A DNA stretch of 15,565 bases from a bacterium (GTDB lineage Bacteria; Krumholzibacteriota; Krumholzibacteriia; G020349025): assembly GCA_031362565.1 (NCBI GenBank), contig JANLSU010000004.1, positions 1-15,565 of the forward strand. The letters are read 5' to 3'. The position numbers were made by a program, and so were the translations under genes. This document shows positions 8,527 through 15,565 of this stretch, piece by piece. Under the pieces are notes generated by a model, which saw nothing but the letters and a program-made list of their open reading frames with translations, was not told the DNA's origin and did no database searches. Within the stretch, counting starts at the first letter, position 1. Each line of letters begins with the position of its first letter.

Positions 8527-9234
8527 TCACGGCTCCTCGGAGTCGGGGGCAGACGCGCGGCGCGATCGCGATGCACTGAACGCGCGCTGCGGCGGACGCG
8601 GCGCCGCCGGCTCGCCGGCGAACATTTTCAGACTCACCTCGCGCACGACACGAGCGCTGAATCCGCGCTGAGTCAGGAACGCCATGAGCCGCCGCAAGCC
8701 CCGCTCCCGCCCCAAGCGCTTGGCCGCAGGGAATTTGGACCGCGCCGCCCGGAACGCGAGTTCCGACTCCCGCTCGCCGACGGCCGCTCGAGCCGCGGCT
8801 TCGGCAATCGGACGCGCCACGCCGCGCGTGCACAGATCCCGCACCAGACGCACAACGCCGTTCGGCCGGTGCGCCAGGCGTCCGTCCACGAACAGCTTCG
8901 CGTAACGGACGTCGTCTACCAAGCCGCGGGTTTCGAGCTCCCGGATGGCACCGTCGACGGTGGCATTGGTGTGCCCGTGCCGCGCCAAATACGCCCGCAC
9001 CTCCGCGACCGTGCGTGCCCGGCCGCGGAGGTAGCGGAATACACGAGCAGCGGCCGACCGGCGATCGGCCGCTGCCTCGATCTGCAACAAGAGCCCCGGT
9101 GACGCTTCGAGTCCAACTGCAAGTCCGAGCGTTTCGGCTGCTTGCAGTGCAATCTCGAGCGTGCGTCCGCCGACGCTCACACAAACGGTCTGCTTGCCTT
9201 CGACGGCGTCGAGCGCGTCGATGCGCTCCAACAT
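8527..9234 (-). CDS. recX: Regulatory protein RecX (long form with N-terminal extension)
   Basis: YLRGRARTVAEVRAYL, GLVDDVRYA, LCTRGV and FLTQRGFS motifs; lies 5 nt after recA and before alaS, the classic gene order. Confidence 0.92.
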   Translation of the reverse strand: MLERIDALDAVEGKQTVCVSVGGRTLEIALQAAETLGLAVGLEASPGLLLQIEAAADRRSAAARVFRYLRGRARTVAEVRAYLARHGHTNATVDGAIRELETRGLVDDVRYAKLFVDGRLAHRPNGVVRLVRDLCTRGVARPIAEAAARAAVGERESELAFRAARSKFPAAKRLGRERGLRRLMAFLTQRGFSARVVREVSLKMFAGEPAAPRPPQRAFSASRSRRASAPDSEEP

Positions 9235-9239
9235 GGTGC

Positions 9240-10604
9240 TCAGGCTCGCGAGTCGTTCTTCATCGGCCGCTGCGGACCGGCTTTGGCAAATGGTGCCTTG
9301 GCGTCCGGCTTGGCAGGCACGGCTGGTGCGGCCGGCTTGGCCGGCGCCCCGACACCCACGGGCTCGGGCGCAAACTTGCCGCCCGCCTGCACTTGGTCAG
9401 GCGTGCCGCCCACGGCCATCGGCTTCGCAGCCGCCGCCGTCGTGGCCGCAGCCACCACCGCTGCACCGTTCGTTCCCGAGGCCGGAGCCGGAGCTGCCAA
9501 CGCCGGAGCATTCGCGGCCATTGCCGCCCGGTTCGAGACCGCGACCGCGCCGTTCGTGCCTCCGACTGCGACTGACGGCGCATTGACGCCGTAGAACGCC
9601 CGGATCTTGTCTTCGAGCGTCTTCGCCAGTGCCGGGTTGTCGTGCAAGTACTGCTTGGCCTTCTCGCGGCCCTGTCCCAGCTTTTCTTCGCCGTATGTGA
9701 ACCACGCACCGCTCTTGTCGATGACACCGCACGCCGAACCCAGGTCGACGATGTCGCCCAAGAGGCTGATGCCTTCGCCGTACACGATGTCGAACTCGGC
9801 GGTCCGGAACGGCGGCGCCACCTTGTTCTTCACGACCTTGACCTTGGTCCGGTTGCCGATGATCTCTTCGCCTTCCTTGAGGTTGGCGATACGCCGGATG
9901 TCGAGCCGCACCGAGCTGTAGAACTTGAGGGCATTGCCACCGGTCGTGGTCTCGGGATTGCCGAAGAGCACGCCGATCTTCATACGGATCTGGTTGATGA
10001 ACACCACACAGGTATTCGTCTTGTTGACGATACCGGCCAGCTTGCGCAACGCCTGCGACATGAGGCGCGCCTGCAAGCCCATGTGGGAGTCACCCATTTC
10101 GCCTTCGATTTCGGCGCGCGGCACCAGCGCCGCCACCGAGTCGATGACGATGACGTCGATGGCGCCACTGCGCACCAGCACTTCGACGATATCGAGCGCT
10201 TGCTCACCGGTGTCGGGCTGCGACACCAGCAGGTTGTCGGCATCGACACCCAGCTTGCGCGAGTACACGACATCGAACGCGTGCTCGGCGTCGATGAAGG
10301 CGGCGATGCCGCCCAAGCGCTGCGCGTTGGCGATGATGGCCTGTGCGAGCGTCGTCTTGCCCGAACCTTCGGGCCCGAAAATCTCGATGACGCGGCCGCG
10401 CGGCACGCCGCCGACGCCGAGCGCGACATCGAGCGCCAAGCTGCCGGACGGAATGACTTCGACGGTCGCAAACTGATTCGACTCGCCGAGGCGCATGATC
10501 GAGCCGTCACCAAATTGCTTCTTGATTTGGGCGACAGCCAAATCGGCCTTGTTGCGGAGGTCGTTCTTTGGGTCGGTCTTGGGCGCTGCCTGGGACTGCT
10601 TCAT
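9240..10604 (-). CDS. recA: Recombinase RecA with a long low-complexity C-terminal tail
   Basis: [18 protein letters not shown], Walker [83 protein letters not shown] at 10620-10615. Confidence 0.99.
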   Translation of the reverse strand: MKQSQAAPKTDPKNDLRNKADLAVAQIKKQFGDGSIMRLGESNQFATVEVIPSGSLALDVALGVGGVPRGRVIEIFGPEGSGKTTLAQAIIANAQRLGGIAAFIDAEHAFDVVYSRKLGVDADNLLVSQPDTGEQALDIVEVLVRSGAIDVIVIDSVAALVPRAEIEGEMGDSHMGLQARLMSQALRKLAGIVNKTNTCVVFINQIRMKIGVLFGNPETTTGGNALKFYSSVRLDIRRIANLKEGEEIIGNRTKVKVVKNKVAPPFRTAEFDIVYGEGISLLGDIVDLGSACGVIDKSGAWFTYGEEKLGQGREKAKQYLHDNPALAKTLEDKIRAFYGVNAPSVAVGGTNGAVAVSNRAAMAANAPALAAPAPASGTNGAAVVAAATTAAAAKPMAVGGTPDQVQAGGKFAPEPVGVGAPAKPAAPAVPAKPDAKAPFAKAGPQRPMKNDSRA

Positions 10605-10619
10605 GGTCGCGATTCTCCT

Positions 10620-10637
10620 TCAGAGAACACACTTCAT
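10620..10637 (-). other. Candidate 5-aa upstream ORF (MKCVL*) in the recA leader
   Basis: Minus strand: AGAGGGAG CATGG ATG AAG TGT GTT CTC TGA AGGAG. It is preceded by an SD-like sequence, and its stop abuts the recA SD. Confidence 0.3.
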
Positions 10638-10641
10638 CCAT

Positions 10642-10661
10642 GCTCCCTCTAAGGAGGGAGC
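10642..10661. repeat. Perfect 8-bp inverted repeat (hairpin) in the recA leader
   Basis: GCTCCCTC-TAAG-GAGGGAGC. Confidence 0.7.
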
Positions 10662-10717
10662 TCACTGCCCGCCTCTTCGTGACGTCGAGCGTGGCTTCGG
10701 CCGCACCCGTAAGCGGC

Positions 10718-10756
10718 TGCCGGAATCGCGCGTCAACCCCTTGCGCGCGACCGGCA
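10718..10756. repeat. Long imperfect inverted repeat in the recA leader
   Basis: TGCCGG-aa-TCGCGCG-t-CAA-cccc-TTG-CGCGCGA-CCGGCA (6+7+3 bp). Confidence 0.6.
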
Positions 10757-10777
10757 TCGAGCCAGGTATGCGGTCGC

Positions 10778-10806
10778 AGGGTAGCATGGGAGAGGGCGCC
10801 CTGCAA
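10778..10806 (-). promoter_or_regulatory. Putative sigma70-type promoter for the recA operon
   Basis: Minus strand TTGCAG-N17-TACCCT with an extended -10 TG (TGcTACCCT), about 170 nt upstream of recA. Confidence 0.55.
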
Positions 10807-10847
10807 TCCACGCCGCAGGCCCGCGCTGGCAGGCCGCCGCGCGCGCC

Positions 10848-10860
10848 CAAGCGCTTGTTT
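10848..10860 (-). promoter_or_regulatory. IHF-like site in the divergent recA/HIT intergenic region
   Basis: Minus strand AAACAAGCGCTTG has one mismatch to WATCAANNNNTTR, next to an A-tract in otherwise GC-rich DNA. Confidence 0.3.
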
Positions 10861-10990
10861 TCTTGCGACTTGCCATCTCAGGTCCGGGCCCGGCCCGCCG
10901 CCACCGGCGTGGCTCTTCGCACCCCCGGAGTCCGAATTCCCGCTTTCCCAACGGCATTGTCACGGACTCGTCCTCGGGTGCACTCTCCGT

Positions 10991-10996
10991 TACAAT
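10991..10996 (+). promoter_or_regulatory. Putative -10 element for the HIT gene
   Basis: TACAAT 65 nt upstream of the ATG; the -35 match is poor (TCGTCC). Confidence 0.4.
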
Positions 10997-11061
10997 GCGC
11001 GAGCGCTCGGTCAACCGTGCGCATCGCTGCTTCGCCGTGAAACCGAATCCGGGAGATCTGC

Positions 11062-11409
11062 ATGTCCAACGAGTGCATCTTCTGCAAGATCGCCGCCGAG
11101 CAGATCCCGAGCCGCAAGGTGTATGCGGACGACGACGTCTTCGCATTCGAGGACATCAATCCGCAGGCACCGCTGCACGTCCTGGTGATTCCACGCCGTC
11201 ACATCCGCACCCTGAACGATCTCCTCGACACCGATGACGAGTTGATCGGCCGCATGCATCGCGCCGCCGCACATGTGGCGCGCGATCGTGGTGTCGCCCA
11301 GAGCGGTTACCGCATCGTCTCGAACTGCAACAGCCACGCCGGCCAGAGTGTGTGGCACATCCACCTGCACGTCCTCGGGGGCCGCCCGCTGCACTGGCCA
11401 CCGGGCTGA
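11062..11409 (+). CDS. hinT: Histidine triad nucleotide-binding protein (HINT/PKCI type)
   Basis: CIFCKI, AFEDINPQAPLHVLVIP, GYRIVSN, AGQSVWHIHLHVLGGR, WPPG; GGGAG SD. Confidence 0.96.
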   Translation: MSNECIFCKIAAEQIPSRKVYADDDVFAFEDINPQAPLHVLVIPRRHIRTLNDLLDTDDELIGRMHRAAAHVARDRGVAQSGYRIVSNCNSHAGQSVWHIHLHVLGGRPLHWPPG

Positions 11410-11565
11410 ACCACCGATCGATGCAGTGGCAGAAGACGTGCCCGGCGGGGCTTGGGCCGCACGCCCGGAATTTCGGTGCCCCACGGCAGTACCAACATCC
11501 ACGGCAATGACACGCCACCGTCCAGCTCATGGACAGCGGGCACGGCTGCTGGTGGCCGCGAGGGA

Positions 11566-12096
11566 CTACGGCCGCGGCCGCAGGATGGGCAGGTATGCGC
11601 TCCACGGTCCGACGTCGCCCTCGTACTGGCGCGCGAGGACGCGGGCAATTTGTGCCACGTGATTCAGGTCGTGCACGACCCAGGTCGCGAGCAGTTGGCC
11701 GAGCGTTACGGATCCAAGTGCGGGATGCATGCCGCGGCGGGCGAGCGTTGCTGGGTCCGTGGGAAGCGCTGCGAGGGCGGAGAGGCTCGCGGTTCGCAGG
11801 GCCGTAAAATGATCGAGGAGTGCCGCAATCGTCCAGCCGTCGTAGCGGCCGCGTTGCGCGAAGCGATCGAAGGGTTCGAAAGGGAGGCTTTCGCCGTGTT
11901 CGAGAATGCGACGGGCGCGGGGGAGCCAGTCGGTTTCTTCGCCGTGAATGAGATGGCCGACGACGTCGCGGGGGCTGAAGGTGTCGGGGCCTTCGTTGGC
12001 GTCGAGGCAGGCGTCGGGGAGGGCGGAGAGCCAGGTGCGGAGGAGATGGGGCGTGCGGGTGAGGATGGGGATGGCGGTTGCGAGTTCAAAGGGCAT
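11566..12096 (-). CDS. DinB/YfiT-superfamily protein (DinB_2-like)
   Basis: NEGPDTFSPRDVVGHLIHGEETDW, FEPFDR, GMHPALGSVTLGQLLATWVVHDLNHVAQI carry the metal-binding His triad; GGAG 7 nt before the ATG. Confidence 0.9.
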   Translation of the reverse strand: MPFELATAIPILTRTPHLLRTWLSALPDACLDANEGPDTFSPRDVVGHLIHGEETDWLPRARRILEHGESLPFEPFDRFAQRGRYDGWTIAALLDHFTALRTASLSALAALPTDPATLARRGMHPALGSVTLGQLLATWVVHDLNHVAQIARVLARQYEGDVGPWSAYLPILRPRP

Positions 12097-12120
12097 GGGG
12101 GGGCTCCGGGGGGCGCTGCG

Positions 12121-12540
12121 CTATGGTTTTTTGCGTGAGGTGGGCGATTTACGCCGCGAAGAGACGCCGCGAACCTGCGGCGGTTTTTGACGCGGCGTGA
12201 CTGGAGTCCACCGGTCTCCATCTCTTCGGTCGTACTTCTCCATCACGCGTTCGAAGGCTTGGCCGAGGTCGATGCCGAGCGAATTGCACAGGCACACGAG
12301 CACGAAAATGATGTCGGCGACTTCGAGCGCGATCTCGCCCGGCGCTTCGGTCGCCTTCTTCGGCTTGTGGCCGTACGAATGATTGAGTTCGCGCGCCAGC
12401 TCGCCCACTTCCTCGGTAAGACGCGCCAGCATCGACAACGGCGGCCAGTAGCCCTCCTCGAATTGGCTGATCCAGGCGTCGACGCGCTTCTGCAGGTCGG
12501 CGAGCGTCGCGTGTTCGTGGATGGAATGCTGGCGGCTCAT
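12121..12540 (-). CDS. ypjD: MazG-like nucleotide pyrophosphohydrolase, YpjD type
   Basis: LQKRVDAWI, GYWPPLSMLARLTEEVGELARE, GHKPKK, EVADIIFVLVCLCNSLGIDL, KYDRRDGDRW; the ATG overlaps the cinA stop (ATGA). Confidence 0.9.
   Translation of the reverse strand: MSRQHSIHEHATLADLQKRVDAWISQFEEGYWPPLSMLARLTEEVGELARELNHSYGHKPKKATEAPGEIALEVADIIFVLVCLCNSLGIDLGQAFERVMEKYDRRDGDRWTPVTPRQKPPQVRGVSSRRKSPTSRKKP
12151..12198. repeat. Nested inverted/direct repeat in the 3' end of ypjD
   Basis: ACGCCGCG-AAGAGA-CGCCGC-gaacct-GCGGCG-GTTTTTGA-CGCGGCGT; ACGCCGCGAA occurs twice (12151, 12164). Confidence 0.55.
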
Positions 12541-13784
12541 GCTGGATCTCCGACCGGCAAACCGTTCAGATGACGGCGCACGAGATCGAGTGCGAGTTGG
12601 CTCGCCACTTGGCGGTTCAACTCACGGTCGGCGAAGAGCTGCAAACGTCGCGTCCAGCAGCCATCGAGCGCATCGAGCGCCAAGTACACGAGGCCCACCG
12701 GCTTTTCAGGCGTCCCGCCGTCGGGCCCCGCAATGCCTGTGACCGCGACCGCGATATCGCTCCCAGCCCGTGACCGCGCACCGCGCGCCATGGCGGCGGC
12801 GCAGGGCGCGCTCACCGCGCCGTGCTCGCGCAGCACCGCTTCGGGGACATCGATCCACTGCTGCTTCGCCTCGTTGGCGTACGTCACGAAGCCGCCAATG
12901 AAACAGGCACTCGCCCCGGCGGCGGTCGTGAACCGTGCGCCCACGAGTCCACCAGTGCACGACTCCGCGACCGCCAGCGTCATGCGGCGTGCAACGAGTG
13001 TGTGCTGCACCACTTCGGCGAGAGTTTCCGCAGCGATTTCTGTGTAGCACGTCGGACCGAGAGTCGTCCGCAACGCGCTCTGCAGCGCTTCCCAACGCGG
13101 GTCCGCGACACCCACGCGCCGCACCTTGACATCAACGCCGCCCCAGCCGGGATAGAAGGCCCATTCGGCGTCCGGATGCTCGGCCATGACAGGTGCAATC
13201 CGTTCCGCCACCTCCGACTCCGGCACGCCAACGGTTCGAAACGCGGCGAAACAACCGGCCGCCGGCGCGAGTGTGGATTGCAGATGTGGCAACACCGTGT
13301 CATGAAACATGGCGCGCATCTCCGCCGGCACGCCCGGCAACAGAAACACGTCGCGCCCGTCGCGGCTGAAATGCACCCCGGGCGCGCTGCCGACCGGATT
13401 CGGAATCTTGCGGGCGCCGCGCGGCATCATGGCTTGCTTGACGTTGATCTCCGGCATCGGCCGGCCGCGCCGCGCGAACCGCGCCCGGATGTCCTCAAGA
13501 ATCGCGGCGTCGAGTTCGAGCGGCAGAGCGAAGTACTCCGCGACGACTTCCTTGGTGCGATCGTCCACCGTCGGTCCGAGGCCACCGGTCACGACGACGG
13601 CCCGGGCCCGCGCCAACGCTTCACCGAGCGCGGCGGCAATGTCGGGCGCTGCGTCCCCCACCACCGTAACACGCCGCAGCGCAAGTCCAAGCGCGAACAG
13701 TTCGCGCGCCACGAATCCAGAGTTCGTGTCTTGCGTCGTGCCCATCAGCAGTTCGTCGCCCACTGCCAATACTTCGATGCTCAC
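12537..13784 (-). CDS. cinA: Competence/damage-inducible protein A (MocF-like pyrophosphatase + PncC NMN deamidase)
   Basis: VLAVGDELL.G...DTN, VTGGLGPTVDDRT, GSAPG, LPGVPAEM; C-terminal AVAESCTGG, HGAVS, TGIAGPDGGT.EKPVGLV. GTG at 13784 with GGGGAGG SD (415 aa). Confidence 0.96.
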   Translation of the reverse strand: MSIEVLAVGDELLMGTTQDTNSGFVARELFALGLALRRVTVVGDAAPDIAAALGEALARARAVVVTGGLGPTVDDRTKEVVAEYFALPLELDAAILEDIRARFARRGRPMPEINVKQAMMPRGARKIPNPVGSAPGVHFSRDGRDVFLLPGVPAEMRAMFHDTVLPHLQSTLAPAAGCFAAFRTVGVPESEVAERIAPVMAEHPDAEWAFYPGWGGVDVKVRRVGVADPRWEALQSALRTTLGPTCYTEIAAETLAEVVQHTLVARRMTLAVAESCTGGLVGARFTTAAGASACFIGGFVTYANEAKQQWIDVPEAVLREHGAVSAPCAAAMARGARSRAGSDIAVAVTGIAGPDGGTPEKPVGLVYLALDALDGCWTRRLQLFADRELNRQVASQLALDLVRRHLNGLPVGDPA

Positions 13785-13807
13785 GCGTTCGCCTCCCCGG
13801 CTGGCGC

Positions 13808-13816
13808 ATTGTAGCA
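13808..13816 (-). promoter_or_regulatory. Extended -10 promoter for the cinA unit
   Basis: Minus strand TGCTACAAT about 10 nt upstream of the cinA SD. Confidence 0.55.
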
Positions 13817-13862
13817 TTCGACCGCTCGCTCGCCCGTGCCAGATCTGGTCCGAGCAAGCGTC

Positions 13863-13891
13863 TGGCATCTCGAGACCAACGTGGCTATGCT
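13863..13891 (+). promoter_or_regulatory. Putative promoter for the FG-GAP gene
   Basis: TGGCAT-N17-TATGCT, 70 nt upstream of ATG 13962. Confidence 0.35.
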
Positions 13892-13961
13892 CGTGAAACG
13901 CTCCACCCGTGACGAGCCCCTACCGCTACAGGGGAACCCGGGTCCTCGATTGAGGTGCCGT

Positions 13962-15479
13962 ATGCGTTGGCTCGCTTTGGCGCTCATGTGTTCGGTTGAA
14001 CTCGTGCAATCTCAGGTTGCCGCCGACCAGTCCGTGCTTCCCGTCCGTACAATCGGCCCAACCGTCGGATTCCGGTCAGACTCGAAGGGGAACGGTAGCC
14101 CTGGTACTACGTGGGTGGATTCACTGCAGCTGGTCACCCAGGTCTATTCGGCCGTGAATCAGGCCGTCGCGTTCGGCGACACGGACCACGACGGGCACAA
14201 CGAGATCATCATGGCGGTGAATCTCGGTCCTACTTTCAACTATCGCATTCTTGAGGAACAAGGGAACAACACGTACGTCGAAGTATTTGCTGGCCCCTAC
14301 ATCGACCCCTCCGCGGCGGGCGATGTCGACAGAGACGGCAAGGCCGATATTGTCGCGCAGGCTGGAAATCGGCTCGTTGTCTACGAGTCCCCGAGCCCTT
14401 CAACGCACCCGTCTGTTCTCGCATGGCAGTCGCCGCCATTGACCAACATCCTTGGCGGCCCCACCATCGCGGACACCGACGGCGACGGTTGGCTCGAGAT
14501 CATCCACTCGATCAACACCTTCGGTACCTCCCGGCTCGTGATCTATGAGAACACCGGCGACAACACGTACTCTCAGGTGTACTACCAACTCGAAAGCCCC
14601 CAGGATGCCGGCCCGAGGGTCATCGCGGACCTGGACGGTGACGGCCGGTTGGAGATCGCCCACTGCGGCACGTATGGCTACGTTCACATCTACGAGTCGC
14701 CCGCGAACAATGTGTGGCAGCAAACTTTTTTCGACTCTACCGGCCTGGACAACGCCTATGCCGTAGCCGGTGGCGTCGACACGGACGGCAACGGGAAGCC
14801 GGAAATCTTCGTGACAGGCGACTCCCAGGAAGTTCCCGGCGAACGACGCACGTTCGTGTACGAGGCCGTTGGCGACAACTCCTTCGCGCGGGTTGCTGTG
14901 CTCCGGTACTACGACGCGCACCGCGGTGGTGCCTTTAGCTGTGTTGCGAATCTCGACGGGATCGGCCGGGATGAGTTGGTTCTTGCTGTGTACCCCGATC
15001 TCCCAACGCTGCTCATCTACCGGGCGGTCGCACCTGGGCAGTGGGTCATCGCATCAACCTTCGTCAACCCTGACCCTGATGGCGGCGGGATTCCCATGGC
15101 CTTCGACGCCAATGGCAACGGCCGCGATGAGATTTTCTGGGTTGGCAGCGGCAATGCGAATTTCGGCACCACATGGGTTCTCGAACACACGCCGGTTTCT
15201 CCGACCGACCTTCCGCTTGACCTCGGCCCTACCCAAGAGCGACTTTTCGCGTTTCCAAATCCCTGCCGTACGAAAGCCAGCCTTGTTTTCGGCAAACGCG
15301 GGCGTACGCTGGGCGCCACGCTGGCCACGTTCGACGCGTCCGGCCGATTCATCGCTCGCACTCCAGTGCGCGGCGATCGCCCGGACTGGTCGCCCGCCCA
15401 ATTACAACCTGGTGTTTATTTTCTGCGCCTAGGAGCCTGTCCGAGTAATCCCCGATTTCAGGGTAGACAGACCGGCTGA
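13962..15479 (+). CDS. Secreted FG-GAP/VCBS repeat (beta-propeller) protein with a T9SS/FlgD-like C-terminal domain, truncated by an IS
   Basis: GAGGT SD, signal peptide MRWLALALMCSVELVQSQVAA, seven DxDxDG-like repeats (DTDHDGHNEI, DVDRDGKADI, DTDGDGWLEI, DLDGDGRLEI, DTDGNGKPEI, NLDGIGRDEL, DANGNGRDEI), then FPNP...FDASGR...PGVYFLRL. The last ~15 codons are IS-derived. Confidence 0.88.
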   Translation: MRWLALALMCSVELVQSQVAADQSVLPVRTIGPTVGFRSDSKGNGSPGTTWVDSLQLVTQVYSAVNQAVAFGDTDHDGHNEIIMAVNLGPTFNYRILEEQGNNTYVEVFAGPYIDPSAAGDVDRDGKADIVAQAGNRLVVYESPSPSTHPSVLAWQSPPLTNILGGPTIADTDGDGWLEIIHSINTFGTSRLVIYENTGDNTYSQVYYQLESPQDAGPRVIADLDGDGRLEIAHCGTYGYVHIYESPANNVWQQTFFDSTGLDNAYAVAGGVDTDGNGKPEIFVTGDSQEVPGERRTFVYEAVGDNSFARVAVLRYYDAHRGGAFSCVANLDGIGRDELVLAVYPDLPTLLIYRAVAPGQWVIASTFVNPDPDGGGIPMAFDANGNGRDEIFWVGSGNANFGTTWVLEHTPVSPTDLPLDLGPTQERLFAFPNPCRTKASLVFGKRGRTLGATLATFDASGRFIARTPVRGDRPDWSPAQLQPGVYFLRLGACPSNPRFQGRQTG

Positions 15480-15565
15480 ATTGCGGTTTTTATGCAGCAT
15501 GTCGAAAACCTTCCGCCCCTGGAACATCGAGCAGGTCATGCTGCTCCCACCCTCGGTCCGAGACT
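15433..15565 (+). mobile_element. Left end of an IS1182-family insertion sequence (continues beyond the window)
   Basis: CTAG (15429-15432) followed by GAGCCTGTCCGAGTAAT, resembling IS1182-family ends as I recall them, then a transposase N-terminus 66 nt inside. The right end is not visible. Confidence 0.8.
15499..15565 (+). CDS. IS1182-family transposase, N-terminal fragment (partial, not in the ORF track)
   Basis: MSKTFRPWNIEQVMLLPPSVRD matches the typical MxxxFRxYxxxQxxLLPPSxxDW start; no SD is evident. Confidence 0.82.
   Translation, partial: MSKTFRPWNIEQVMLLPPSVRD

Noticed and set aside
9240..10604. Intein in the oversized RecA
   Set aside because: The core is contiguous, the extra length is C-terminal, and there are no intein splice motifs.
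10624..10637. GAACACACTTC as a Gram-positive-type SOS box (GAAC-N4-GTTC)
   Set aside because: Spacing and second half-site do not match, and it lies far downstream of the predicted promoter.
2886..10652. Long + strand ORFs (2886..4271, 5035..6477, 6624..8579, 9642..10652)
   Set aside because: Stop-poor antisense frames of real high-GC genes, with no motifs.
10700..10736. TTGACG as a -35 for recA
   Set aside because: No convincing -10 at 16-18 nt spacing; the 10778-10806 candidate fits better.
10507..11237. Small ORFs across the recA/HIT intergenic region
   Set aside because: No motifs, Arg/Pro/Ala-rich GC noise, and they overlap promoter elements or real genes.
1..15565. CRISPR array, tRNA, rRNA, or a defence system built around MazG/HIT
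   Set aside because: No regularly spaced repeats or RNA gene signatures seen; the MazG-like and HIT proteins are the ordinary YpjD and HINT types in a housekeeping context.

Overview
GC-rich bacterial chromosomal window, mostly housekeeping genes. The minus strand carries a long, tightly packed run: recA-recX-alaS, an SLBB/Wza-like polysaccharide export protein, long-form rmlA, rmlD, a WcaJ-like priming glycosyltransferase, and an acidic hypothetical protein that runs off the left edge and is absent from the ORF track. A HIT-family gene (+) is divergent from recA. It converges with a minus-strand cinA / YpjD(MazG-like) / DinB-family unit. At the right end is a secreted 7-repeat FG-GAP protein with a T9SS/FlgD-like C-terminal domain, cut near its end by an IS1182-family element inserted at CTAG; the transposase runs off the right edge. 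I find no clearly new multi-gene system, CRISPR array or RNA gene. The most unusual signals are an apparent ATC start codon for rmlA (possibly CTG for rmlD), a structured recA leader holding a 5-codon uORF with a hairpin-occluded SD, a ~115-aa basic Ala/Pro-rich RecA tail, and the IS-truncated secretion tail. All family calls come from motifs recognised by eye; no searches were run.
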